The notes under the pieces: generated by a model
The model's database searches: none
Told to the model about the DNA's origin: nothing
The model's input: the letters and a program-made list of their open reading frames with translations, nothing else
NCBI GenBank assembly: GCA_003971905.1
Contig: RSEE01000022.1
Location: forward strand, 248,001 to 312,000
Direction: 5' to 3'
From: Moniliella sp. 'wahieum'
Lineage: Eukaryota
DNA length: 64,000 nt
In this document: positions 12,175 to 23,966 of the stretch, in pieces
Numbering within the stretch: the first letter of the stretch is position 1
Layout: every line of letters begins with the position of its first letter
Translations under genes and position numbers: made by a program

Positions 12175-13916
12175 TCAATGTCGCCGGTTCTTGAGCAGCG
12201 TGGCGTTCCCCATGTTCAGCTCAAAGTCACGTTTGGGAGGGGGCAATCCGCGCGCGCGAGGAACGCCTTGGGGCATCGTCCCGTGAGGCTGCGCTCCATT
12301 GGGTTGGCTGGGATGCTGACTCGATCTTCCGGTCCCGTGATGCCCTGGGACAAAGCGGTGGGCTGGTGTTTATCTTCCTCTTCGATCGGCTCGGCGTGGA
12401 GGGAGCGAGTAAAGGCTTCTTCGTCAATCCGGTGCACGGCATAGGAGACATCAAACGCGTCCTTCATTGTTGGAGACCGGGAGTGGTGAGACCCAATCCG
12501 GCACGAGCGGCACGGGAAACGGTAGGGTCCGTGGAGCGCAGCACCGATAAGAGGGGCGAGGCGAGTGGCATACCTCGGGCCATCTCCAGTCCGTTCGGGG
12601 TAAGAAAAGGGACGGGCTGAGGGGCACGGCACCAAGGATGTTGCAAGAACTGGTCAATCGTGTATCGTCCCCTGGGGTTGACGGTCAGCAGGTGGCTGAG
12701 CAAGTCTTGCGAATCCGATACATCGTCCCACCAAGGCGAGAGGAAAGTGAATTGCCCCCGCGCCACTTTTCCGTCAGGACGGCAATGCTCTCGTCGTAAA
12801 AGGGGGGGAAACCACAAAGGAACGTATAGAGGACACAACCCAGTGCCCATAGATCCACCGACTTGGTGTAGGAGGACTTGCGCACAATCTCTGGTGCTGT
12901 GTACCCGATCGTTCCACATGGTGAGGTGGCATACCCTCATGTACCACCTTGCTCAGTCCAAAATCCGCAATCTTTACCCGTCCAATCCCGCATCCACCGA
13001 CACCGGGAATGAACTCGCCCTCATCGGCTTTGCCGTGGTCGTACAGCCCGCTTTCCGGACCTTAGACGGGATCAAAGGGATGGGCTCAAACAGAATATTT
13101 CCGGCTTGATATCGCGGTGCACAACGCCAGCCTCTTGGTGCAGGTAGCGGATAGCCTCGGCAACCTGGAGGATAATATGCCTGGCAACGTCTTCGGAAAA
13201 GTAGGTATACTTGGCAATCTGGTGGAACAGTTCTCCACCTTTGACAAGTTCCATCACAAGAAAATAGTGGTTGGCCGACTCGCCAAACTCGAGGAGACGA
13301 AAATGTTGCCATGCGACAGTCTCCTCATGACCTGAACTTCTTGGAGCACGCTGGCATGCTCCGTGGCCCGCTGTCGCCTCCGGAACCGCGGTTGGAGATG
13401 AGACGAAGAGAAATTCTGGGCCTTGTGCACCACCTTGATGGCACACTCTCCTCCCGACTGACGGTGGCGAGCGCGAAAGACGTTGCTAAACGCCCCTTCT
13501 CCCATCTTTTCCAGCAGAACAAAACGCTCGGTCAAACCGGGGTAGACGGGGTGTGTCGCCGGTCACCGTCTTTTCCCTCCGGACCAAATCTTCGGCCGCA
13601 TTGCGATACACCTGTTGCGTAGCATTCTCTTGCCGCACCGAAGAGGCCGGTGCAGCTGGCGGAGAGGCGGGGAAGGAAGTGGCGGGTGTCTTGGGCCATT
13701 CCCCTGTGGACCTTCAGCAGTCTTGGCACCAACGTTGGATTCCACAGAGCTTACTCCCCAAGAGGTGTGGGAGGACCATCGCGTTCGACCTGGTGCTCGC
13801 CCCACTTGGCAGCAACGGCGGGTGCGGCGCGGCCAGGCGGCGGATGAGGTGTTGGAGGCTATCGAGCAACGGCGTTGCCGGCTCTTCGGGCGGGGCGATG
13901 GCGCTTACATGCTCAT
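12175..13916 (-). CDS. srk1: CAMK-group Ser/Thr kinase, Srk1/Rck2 (MAPKAP-like) orthologue
   Basis: Motifs GEGAFSNV, CAIKVV, YTYFSEDVARH, HRDIKPE, the DEGEFIPGVGG insert, KIADFGLSK, GYTAPE, GFPPFYDESI, FLSPWWDDVS, DAFDVSYAVHR and C-terminal FELNMGNATLL. First intron 13859-13908 gives MSILQHLIRR. Confidence 0.9.
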
Positions 13917-14674
13917 CGATGTGGGAGGACGACGAAAGGGGTGGCTGAGGAGAAGGAGGCAAGGAGGCAAGGCTCAGCAGCTGGGTGGAAATGTAGCAGC
14001 GCCATAGGTGGTCCAAGCCACAACGCACTGGAAAGAAAGCCGGCGGGCGTTGGCAAAATGGCAGGGAGGGGGCTTATGGAGGCGATTGTGGTGCCAGCGC
14101 GACGACGCGCGCGACCTGAGGCCAGCCCACACTCCCGGCGGTAATCGGTAACGAGGGGGGAGGGAACCAGGCAACCAGGCAACCAGTAAGACGGGCTGGT
14201 TAGACGAGGACCCCCACTTTACACTGCTCAATGCAATATGCAACCCCCCCCACGATCGGGAAAGCCTCGCCTTGCGCCCGATCCTGAGCCTGAGCTGAGA
14301 GCCTTAGCGCTACCGCGCCCAGCACACAGGCCCCAAGCTCCCCTACTGGCTTGCCTGTTGCACCGACCCCATGGTACACAGCACTCGCTTAAGCGCCGCC
14401 ATCGGGTGTGTTCAGCATGCATCAGCCATCTACCTAGCCTCTGTCATCATTTAAACCAGCCCCATCCCATCGACACCTGCGCTTGTCGCCTATGATGCGT
14501 GTTGGCATCACCACCACTGCTTCCAGAAGTTGGCATGGATTATGATGTGATCGATGGGATCTGAGGTCTTGATGCTTGATCGCCCTTATTAAAAGGGTAA
14601 TGCAATTTGCTGGGAACGTCATCTGAAGCAATGCATCTCTTGAATAACTCTTTACATGTTTGCATCGCATGCAA

Positions 14675-14757
14675 GCCTCGCTATTTCAATCGGTAGAATT
14701 TGAGACTCTTACGTTGGAGATCCATCTCACGGTTGTGGGTTCGAGTCCCGTGGGGCG
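14675..14757 (+). tRNA. tRNA-Lys(CTT) with 12-nt intron (14712-14723); degenerate or mis-assembled
   Basis: Acceptor GCCTCGC/GTGGGGC, anticodon stem TGAGA/TCTCA with loop CT-CTT-A^A, T-loop TTCGAGT, T5 terminator at 14762. The 3' T-stem is 2 nt short (CCC instead of CCCAC) and the D-stem TTTC/GAAT has a T-T mismatch. Confidence 0.75.
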
Positions 14758-14792
14758 TAACTTTTTGGGTCGTATCCAAAATCTGACCTCAT

Positions 14793-14980
14793 TTGGTGGG
14801 GGTCCTGGACGATTTCGTAGCGAGCTGTCGTCGAGGCCATCGGGGGGGTGTGTCGGGGGTGTGTCACGGGTGGTGGTGGGATGGGTGGGTAGGGCTAGGG
14901 TGGTGGGGTGCAACTTGTGAACGAAGGCCCGGAGGCGAAATCGGAGGCCAGTTGGTGGGGGTCCTGGACGATTTCGTAGC
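14793..14980. repeat. Two identical 29-bp direct repeats TTGGTGGGGGTCCTGGACGATTTCGTAGC (14793-14821, 14952-14980), period 159 bp
   Basis: Read directly. Weaker similarity extends ~15 bp on each side, and the interval is very G-rich. Confidence 0.9.
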
Positions 14981-16931
14981 TCGCTGTCGCCTCGGCACAA
15001 CTCCCAACCCTTCGGGTAGCTCGCTGTCTACCCTCGGCCCTAACCGTTGTCGTCGCCACCACCTCTTCCCTTTCTATTCTCTCTTCCACCCTCCTTTTGA
15101 TACTTGTTGCGAATGAATATCTGCTGGTTGGCGCGCCTCTCCCAGGGACTAAGTGGCTTACGGCCGTGCCTTGTCGCGTCGCCCAATCTCAGGTTCCATC
15201 TTGATCTCGATGCCAGAGTGTGATCTCAGATCTCAGACTCTTCACTTCTCACTCACACTTTTTGTGATACTTTCCATTTTCCCTGTGGATTCAGCCATAT
15301 TCAACCGTTGTTTTACGGTTAGATCTTAGATCTTGGAGCTTTTCTCAGCAGTTCCACACTTCCTGACTCATATAATGGTACTCATCAGATGGCCCACAGT
15401 CTCTCAAGAAATGATGGGGCGGGACCGAATAGATCGCCGGTCGCATAACGTCATTGCGTTGGTAAAATTGAGCCATGTATACTTTGGCGGCACGACGGTA
15501 GTCCCTTGTGCACAGGCACTCTTCTCACAGCCCTCCATCTGGATGAGGCCTCTCAGGGTCTCGTCTCAAAAGTTCTCAGACCTTCAGGTATACATGTCAT
15601 GACCTTATGACCTCCATGTCCGATTTGATTCTTAATGAAACCTGGAGTCCTGATGGTCCTCGAGGGTGATGCAATCGCACTGGTGGTGCTGGTGCTGGTG
15701 GTGGTCTAAAGCAACCAGCAATACCTAGTACAGAGGAACATCAAGCAGCGAGTCGCCACCAAGGGCTAAGCTGCGGAACAGGGAAAAACAGGAGAGAGAA
15801 AACAACGGAACTCTCAGGCCTGAGGAGGAACTGAAGGGACATTGTTGGCCAAAGCACGAGCCACCCGATGGCTCTAACATTCTCATCAACGCTGACAGCT
15901 TCGGCCACGAAAGGGGTCCTAGTCTGCCAATGGAGCTTGAAAAGCCAAGTGAAAAACTCTGAAGCGGAACCCGCAGGCACAGCGACTTGCATAGCGAAGA
16001 GAAGGCGGAGACCAATCGATTCTAATAGCAAACCACTCTGATTAAAGAGCTTAATGCGCTTGTCTTGGCCTGCATAGCCGCTTATCCTCTCGGCCATCTC
16101 AACGTCCAACGAGAATGAAATGCTCAAAGACACAAACGACCCTTCCCTGGACGCGCCTCGCTGAGCTTATACATCTGACGGTTGCATCCTCTGAACAGTG
16201 ACTATATATACTCTCGGGTCTGTTCTGTCACAGAAGAATGATATGTGGCCATGCTCTGTACGAAGGGGTGGGTGCCGATGGTTCATCCAGGCTGTATGTA
16301 ATGGTGTTTTATATACTAGAGGAAAAGGAGAAGCGATCACACGGTAAAACCATCCGTGATGAGGGGAAGAGGCACAAAGGGATCAAGGAAGATCTAGAAC
16401 AGTAGGGTCGTACGCACAGCCAATGGGAATGTGTGTGTGGCCCGTCACGCTCAATGCCCACCATAGAGGAAAGGATACTGAACAGTATATGAGAGCCAAG
16501 ACGGACCTAGTGTCTGCTTCTGTTGGCTTGTGAAGACCAGAGGACGATGGATGAGTGCTGGTGCTGACGGAATACTATCTTCCTCTCTGCTACTACAGAG
16601 ATTCTGATCTTTATAGCCGCGAGATGTTTCAATAAATTTGGGCCTATACGATTCATCTGCCTTCTCCTCCTTTATACCGTCGCTACGGTGGACCATCAGA
16701 ATCGTATATAGGGAGGAAGGGGAAGTGTGCCTCTCGCATCACACATCCACCTCCGCCTGCTTAGCAGGCAGACATAAAAGGCCAATGAAAATGCAGGTGA
16801 TGAGTGCGATCGATCAAAGAAAACATAAAAAAGTCGGCTAGCCCTTCCCTCTCCCATGGAACAACCTGCGCGGGCAAAAAGGCGAGGGAAGGGCGAGGAG
16901 GGCCAGGGCGAGGAGGGGCTCGGTCAGGATA

Positions 16932-17937
16932 TCAACAGGCCGACGCTGAGCTCAAGGGTCGGTTGCGTCCCGATGGAGGCGCCGTCAAGGGACGTAAGGG
17001 TGTCAACGGCGAGAGGGACGGGATGGAAGGACGTCGTCGGGTCATCACAGCCTCTGTGCGTCCGACGCGCGTCGCGGCCGCTCATCCGCCACGTGGGATG
17101 GTGGGCGAGGCAAGGCAGATGGGAGAGGTACGTCCATCTCCGCTTCGCTCTCCAACTCGGACACGGACAGCATCGTCCAAGGCGATTTAGAACGCTGATA
17201 CGCCTCGACCGAAATCACACTCTCGTCTTCCGAACCGTGATCCTGCTCTTGCTCTCCTTCTTCCTCGGCCCACTCTTCGTATGCCTTTTCCTGCAACGTT
17301 GGCTTCATCATCGAAGCACTCATACTGGCCGGCGCAAGCTCCTGCCACCGTCGAGCGGGGCGGTAGGCGTGGTAGTAACAAAGGGCAACGACTTGCGATG
17401 CAACGTTGATGGACGTTCCCCCTGTGCCAGCATGCCACCCGACCGGAGCGCAGAAGGCTTGACCGAATGCCGTCGCGCCAACGGCCGGTCCGGCGGGGTA
17501 AAGCGCGTCGACGAAGGCACCCCGTCGCCCGTCGCGCGAGAATGGGGGCTGCCTCTTTCTGGTCAGGGGGAGAAGGCGCGGCGGGACGTGCGCGGCGGCG
17601 GAGCCGGCAAGAAGGGGGTTTGGAAGGTAGGCGGCTCGAGGGAGGGGCAAGGGGCGAAAGGAAGGGGCGAGGCAGCAGCGCTGTTGGCGCGTCCCATGGC
17701 GCGACCTGCAGAGTGCAGGACAGGGAAAGTTCGTCGGGCTGGGGGTGGCCTTCTGGATGGTAAGCAACAGATGTAAGGCGAGCCTGTGGGTGGAGGGTGC
17801 CCCAGGAGCGCCAGGCGGCGTTGCGCATGCGTTCGCCCGTGGCACCCAGCAGGCCCGGGGGGGCCGAGGCGAGAAAGTGGGCAAGCTGGGGGCCGGCGGG
17901 CGTCGGGCTGGAGCTCGAGGGAGAGGGCGCTGCTCAT
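16932..17937 (-). CDS. Hypothetical low-complexity (Pro/Ser-rich, acidic patch) protein
   Basis: Overlapping GC-rich minus ORFs (17563-18021, 17045-17884) with EEWAEEEGEQEQDHGSEDES and RRASD, and a TATATAT element at ~18050. No recognisable domain; ends are approximate. Confidence 0.4.
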
Positions 17938-19168
17938 CGGGACGGGTATAGCGATGGGGCAGGAGGCGAGGGGCGAGGGTGGCGGGAGAGGCGCTGGTGG
18001 AGTGGCAGGTCGGGCGCGCACGAGAGGGGTACCAGGGTGGGCGTGCCTAATATATACGGGGTGGGGGTGGAGTTTGTGTTGTGCGATCGGGGCGGGGCGA
18101 GGCAGTGGCGAGGAGTGGCAAGGCAGGCGAGGCAGCCGGAGGGCAGTGGCCAGTGGCTAGTGGCTAGTGACGGTGGTGTGACAGGCAGTGCTGCTGTGGG
18201 TTACTAGGTGTGTTTAGCTTGCCGCTGCTGCTGGCTGCTGCACCCCTCTCGTACGCAGGCAGCAAGTAACACAGCGATCCGCGCCAGTGCTCCCGTGCGG
18301 GCGAGAGGGGTGGACTGGGATCTGGGTCGTGCTATTGTGCCGAGCGCGACGAGGTAGAAGCACGCAGCCTGCAGGATATGCGCCCAGCCTGCTGCGGGGT
18401 GTAACACTCCAGCTGAGCAGCTGCGCCAGGCCCAGACTGAGCGTGCTGAGCGCCTGGCCTCCCTCGGCGCCTCAGCGCTGTCCGCTGACAACTCAGTAGC
18501 TGTCTCTGTCGTGCAGGCGCCGCACCAGCCAAGCAGTAACCGGTGTCCGCTGCCCCCGTGCTGCCCCAGGCTGTGTCTGCTCCTCGAAACCCTGGCTAGG
18601 CACACGCCCTTGCCGTGTCCTGCCCGTGCCTGCCCTGCCCCCGCACCCGCCTGCCATGAGACCTGCCCACATCGACACTGCCCGGGGGCGGGGTAGTCGT
18701 CGGCGTGGCCGCGTTATCGATCATCGATTGCCAGGCATCATCGATGGCCTTATTCGCCACCCGGCCTCAGGCTGCCCCGCAGCTGCACCACCCCAGCTGA
18801 TGCACTGATGCCCCATGCATGCCAGGTGACGCATCCAGTTCAACGTTCAACGTTCGCATTCAAGGTTCAAGCGCAAGTATCTTCGAGGAACGTCGACCCT
18901 ACTTAGCTCAGCAGCGCGACTTGGCTTGTCCCACCTGCTGGGGCTCTTTGTGTCGCTCAGGGCCCTGGGGGGCCGCACCATCGGACCTCAGCGCCCTCAG
19001 CGTGCCCCATCCAAACCCAACTGCGAGAACCCAACCCTCTCGCCCCACTCACTCATCAGCCGCAGCGCAGTCTACGCATCAGCCCATCTCCGTCCCCCCG
19101 GTTTCTATTTCTTGCTCCCAACGTCAACCTTCAACAACAATCATCATTTTCCCCTCTCAATCTCCAAA

Positions 19169-19419
19169 ATGGAACAGCAGAAGCAAACTAGTAGTAGCGA
19201 ACTTCCCCCCTTCCACTGCATGTCACTAGAAGAGTACGTGTTACTCGCGCTCAGGCTCTTTAAGCGGCACTCGAATAACGGCCTTAAACTCATCATCAAT
19301 CAGCCCACACACTCTCTTCTTCACGGCTGTGCTTGGCCAAGAAAGCATATACTATTGTACGTTCACCCGCGCTCACGCGGGACATCAGCTGTATCTCAGC
19401 GCTCGGCATCGCAACAGAG
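19169..19419 (+). CDS. Candidate small multi-exon ORF (MEQQKQTSSSELPPFHCMSLEDPHTLFFTAVLGQESIYY)
   Basis: CCAAAATGG start after a pyrimidine-rich leader. GTACGT donors at 19234, 19357 and 19420; CAG acceptors at 19303 and 19417. No homology recognised. Confidence 0.3.
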
Positions 19420-19628
19420 GTACGTACCCAGGCCGAGAGTATCATGTCGACAAAAGACAGTGTAAGAATGGGGATCAAAGCACAAAAGGGATGCGTAATG
19501 CGCAGAAGAGCGATCAACGGGTCATAATAGAACGAGGAGAGGCAGTGAGGTCATCGGAAAGCGCACTAAATATAGTATGCGGTAGTTGTCCGTTAACAAA
19601 AAGCGTAAACACCATCTGTGGCAGGATA

Positions 19629-19667
19629 GTTAGGAGAGCTGTTAGGAGAGCTGTTAGGAGAGCTGTT
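19629..19667. repeat. Tandem repeat (GTTAGGAGAGCT)x3
   Basis: Three perfect 12-bp units plus GTT, read directly. Confidence 0.95.
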
Positions 19668-20823
19668 CGCAGACAGGTTACAAACTATAAGCAAAGCGTT
19701 AAAGATTGTGCATAGTAGAGGGAGAAGAGGAGGGTACAGTTCTGCCTCAGAGACACTGTCTTTTTGAAAAAGAATGTTGGCACTAATCCAACAATCATAA
19801 TAGGTACACCATAGGGATGAAAGAATGGCATTCGGATGCCACGAGATAATACACGACGTGGGCGACTTCGTGTGTGTCGGGGAGAGGAGGCGTGCACGTA
19901 ATGGTCGCTTCTTGGTTCTGTTTTTGTTTTGTGCAAGTCGATACGAGGTGAAGGGAGGCAGAGAAGAAACCAGCAGTACGACAAATGGGCGAGACTTGCG
20001 AGACTTGGGCACGGAGTTACAGGGCCGCGTTTTGGGGCAAAGAGCGCGTTCGTGTGTGTTCTCTACTATCATCCTGAGGCCATTCCCCACGGTGTTTGCA
20101 GGATGTTGATAACACACGCTGTCAAAGTTTGGCTGATCTCGCTCCTATTTCCAATTTCGTCATCCCGAGCGTCTCGCCCCTTCCCTGTTTTCCCACTTCG
20201 CACCATGTCCTCCGTCTGGTCTTCCTTCTTCCCCAACGATCGCTACATCCCGTTTGACCTAGTTCCAACTCTCGTCTCCCTCGCATTAGCCCAAGAGCGA
20301 TCGTTACTGATAACCAAAACAACGACGGATATGACCGATAGTTGCAACTAGACTATAGGCTGCTACGTGTGGTTCTGGCGTCACTACAAAGGGGGGATTC
20401 GTTTCATTCATCCGAAGACAATTCAATTCAGTACGATCGCCCCGCGGTATATTGGAAAGCGAAAAAGGAGAATATAAGTAAAAGGATCCGATTCCCGTGA
20501 CGGGGTCGGACGCGTCCGGCACTTGACCGGAGGGACCAGATGATTTTTGGTCGTTATATGCTCCAATAATGGCGCAGCGACGAGTAGTAGATCGATAAAC
20601 CCTGAGGCAGGGCCGAGGGAGCGATGTGCTCGACCTCGTTAAATCTGTCCTTCTCATCGCTCATCAGGAGAGAGGGGGCCCACGCCCAGCATGTTGCCAA
20701 CCCATTGGGTGGCGTGGGGTACACAGTAGGAGCGGTGGACATCTTCCTACCATACACTCGACATGCCCGACTGGATTTTGTGGTCGGGCGCTGGACCGAG
20801 TAAAAAAGTAAACCGGATAACGG

Positions 20824-22576
20824 TTACTGCGGCAGGTGAATGTTGCGTGGGTAGTCCGTGCCACGCTGGAGGTCAAAAAAGCGGTGCTTCAAGGCCTGCT
20901 CGGCCGAGATGCGCAGATTGGGGTCCGGCTCGAGAAGTTGACCGACAAGGTCCCGGAAGCAAATGTCGTAGCTCATGTACTTTGCTTCGTTCTGGTGGTA
21001 CTGGTACCGCGAAAGTGGGGTGGAGGCGATCGGCTTGGTGGTGCGCACAGTGCCATCGGGTAAGAAGAGCTGCTGACGCTTGTCGGCCGGAAGATTGGCC
21101 AGCAGGATGTTGGGCATCACACCCAGCGCGCTCTGCATCTGCGCCAAGAGGGGTGTGTCGCTGGCCTCAAAGGCGTGCTTCTCTGCTTTGTACTGGTTGT
21201 ACGCCTCCTGCGTTGGCCAGACATCGCGGCTGATGGGGCCCAAATGGCAGCTTGCCCGTCATCAACTCCAGCATCACACACCCAGCTGCCCACATGTCGA
21301 GGGGAGCCGACCAGGCGTGGGTGCCAAGCAGAGCCTCGGGTGGAAGATAGGCCTTGGGAAGCGCACTCGGTTTGGTGCTGGGACGAATGCGGATGTTACC
21401 CGCACCAGTCATGTGGACCATTGGCGAAGAGAGGAACGGAACCACCTCCCCGTCCTTGGAGGGATTGGGGATGAGAGCGGCGGCGGTGCTGTCGAACCGA
21501 ATGTGTTCTGCGGTCAGATTGCCATGGACGAAGCCCTGGTCATGAAGAGAGGCGAGAAAGAGAAGGAGTTGCTTCATGATGGCCTGAATGTGCTCCAGTG
21601 GGAGTCCACGGCCATGGAGATCGTGCTTAATAAAGCGGTCCAGCGTGCAAGCCTTGTTGTCAAACACGATGCAAAGGCGGTCGTGGTTGTAGAGAAACAC
21701 CTCGCGCACATGCACCCAGCCAATGACGTCCGGCTTCATGGCTCCCACTGCATGCAGGATCCGGGCCTGGCGCATGCTCTCGGCACGCATGTCCGTAGCG
21801 GTGTGGCTGACATTGATCACCACCTCTTGGTTGGTGACCATGTCATGGCCAGCATTGCATGTCCATAGGGGGTCTTGCCACGGTCCCCGGTAATGATGTA
21901 TCGCTGCGCCAGAAGATAGGCGCAGCTGTCGCTCCGAGAAAAACGGAGGATGGGGCCAATGACTTGAGTGCCACCATGCTGGCGAGATTGTCCAGTTCCA
22001 CTGGATCGGCTTGCACCTCGTCGGCAACAGCAGGCTGCACGTGAATATCAGAGTTAGCTTCCAAGTTGTGGGTGCATGTAGGGGAGAGAGGACGTACGCT
22101 GGATTTTCATTGGATAGGGTGAGAAATAATGAGTGGTTTGTTGTCTTCAGCGATGCGAGCATGCTTCACTTGATGCCGTTTGGGAGGGCGGTGTACCAAA
22201 AGTGGCAAAGACGTTCTCATTCGCGCGCTTGCACAACACGGGAGGGGGCGTCGTGGCGGGTACAACCCCGGCAGCGGTGGCGATGGCGGCAGGTGGTGGT
22301 GCTGCGCCACCAGGCGTCCGATGAGGACAGCGCCGGTGGCGTGGCGCCGGCGTGGCAGATTGCAAATCGGCCGGGGCATCGGAAGCGGGGACGAAACAGG
22401 GGGAGGAGTGGGTATCAATGGTGCCGCGGCCGCCGGGCGTGGGAGGGGAGGGATAAGGCAAGGACGGAGGAGGGTGCTAGCTTTGTGCCCCTTGTGCGGG
22501 AGGGCCTGCTTGAGGCGCGGGCCAAGCTGGCCGACGCGGGGCGGCGGGAGAAGGCAGACGACTTGAGCGGGGCCAT
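20824..22576 (-). CDS. CMGC (CLK/LAMMER-like) protein-kinase fold, predicted pseudokinase
   Basis: Subdomains appear in order: LLAQRYIITGDRGKTPYG, EVVINV, VFLYNHDRLCIVFD, LPLEHIQAIMKQLL, FVHGNLTAEHI, YLPPEALLG, WSAPLDMWAAGCVMLELMTG, LLAQMQSALG, FRDLVGQLLEPDPNLRISAEQALKHRFF. Intron ~22036-22096; Pro-rich N-terminus; start approximate. Confidence 0.8.
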
Positions 22577-23966
22577 TGCAGATGCTGTGTGTCGTTTTCC
22601 GGCGTCGCAGGGATGAAGGGGGCGGTGGTGGGAGAATGAAGAGGGCCAGATGGCGGCGTGCAGGCCTTTTATTGTTGGCCAGGGAGCGGGCGTGGTCGAG
22701 GCTCAGGTGCCCTCGGAGCACTGCTGGGCCCGCCTGGGCACAGCGCCAGTGCCTGGCATGCGAGCGTACTTTAGGCGCACACAGTGACGCCGTGCGGCCA
22801 GTTGGGCTAGTGGGGCGGCGGCGGATGGGGGCAGTGTGGGCGCGGATTGTTGATGAATGATGAATGATGCATGGATGATAGGCGATCGATAGGCGGGGCC
22901 CATTGGAATATCAGTAGGTGTGATGCATGCGATTTGTCTCATTTTTGTACCAGTTGACCTGTTGGGATAGCCAGTCCCATTTTGAGACACATCCTCCACT
23001 CATGTGCCTCCAACACACATCCTCTGCCGCAATGAATGGTTTGCTGTGAGATCTGAGACTGTATGAGCTAGTGACCGAAGACATTTTGGGCCAAACGCAC
23101 GAGCCGTCCTGCTGTGGCTCTCTGATCACAAAGGCCCACAGCCTCTCTATAATGATATTAGCCTACTGCTGCCGTGTATATAGCCTGTGGTGCATATATA
23201 GCAAACATGTTATGCGGGGACTGGCACAAGCATGCTGAACATCATACGCGGAGAATCAACTCATTCAAGTTGAGCAGGACTTTCTTTCTAGTCACTGGTA
23301 ACAGCCCCCCCGGTGGTTAATTCATCCACAGGTCGGCTGCCACATCCTTGTTCTATTGTATTGGACTGGAACGGAAACCGTTGATGCGATGGAGTGGTTC
23401 AGGCAGAGCAGTGCCAATGTAGTCAGCTCACTCTGATGCCGTAGACGTGAATAAGAGTGTGAGAGGGGCTGGATGCAGCGCGAGTGGGTGTGAATGAGAG
23501 CGTGGTAAACACGCGAGCCATGAACCATCTCTTATGAGACTCCTCTCAGTAAGACTTTTCCGGTGGTCAAAATCATCATGTTGGCTGTTTGTATAATGGC
23601 ACAATACCCGCACCTTCGTAATAACGAAGAGAGGGAGAAATGCATACTAGTTTTGCCCTGGTGAGAACTTTTCACGCTCTTGCCTGTTCCAACGTCAATC
23701 GAGCAGACCCTTAGGCTTCTCTGAGGATGGATACTATGAGACTACAATAAGCGTGTTGAACAGGAGACTTCTACGCAGAGCAGCTACTCCGCAACACCGA
23801 AGGAAAGGTGATGGTAAGAATGGTTTATATTGACAAAAAACACAACGAGGACGGAAAGACCTTTGTACAAAAGGTATAATGATGAGTGGTACGTAAGCAA
23901 CACAAACCCTTTTGGTATGGCACCTTTCCGGGTCGCCCGTGACTGATGGAGGAAAAGAGTTCAGAA

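Noticed and set aside
14793..14980. CRISPR-like 29-bp direct repeats
   Set aside because: Only two copies, a 130-bp interval, no cas genes, and a eukaryotic context.
14675..15045. tRNA-derived SINE (tRNA head plus body)
   Set aside because: A T5 Pol III terminator directly follows the tRNA, the intron is retained, and I saw no target-site duplication or tail.
15725..16133. Minus-strand ORFs in the 15.7-16.1 kb interval
   Set aside because: No ATG start in good context, no motif and no coding-like composition; cannot be supported.
19100..20560. Telomerase RNA processed from a small coding transcript (as reported for Ustilago maydis)
   Set aside because: The layout is suggestive, but I found no TAACCCTAA-type template. 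It would only merit review if this species has a non-TTAGGG telomere repeat with a match here.
23879..23946. Box C/D snoRNA (ATGATGA...CTGA)
   Set aside because: No convincing terminal stem or recognisable rRNA guide, and it is antisense to a 3' UTR. Similar weak pairs near 26047 and 33050-33177 were also dismissed.
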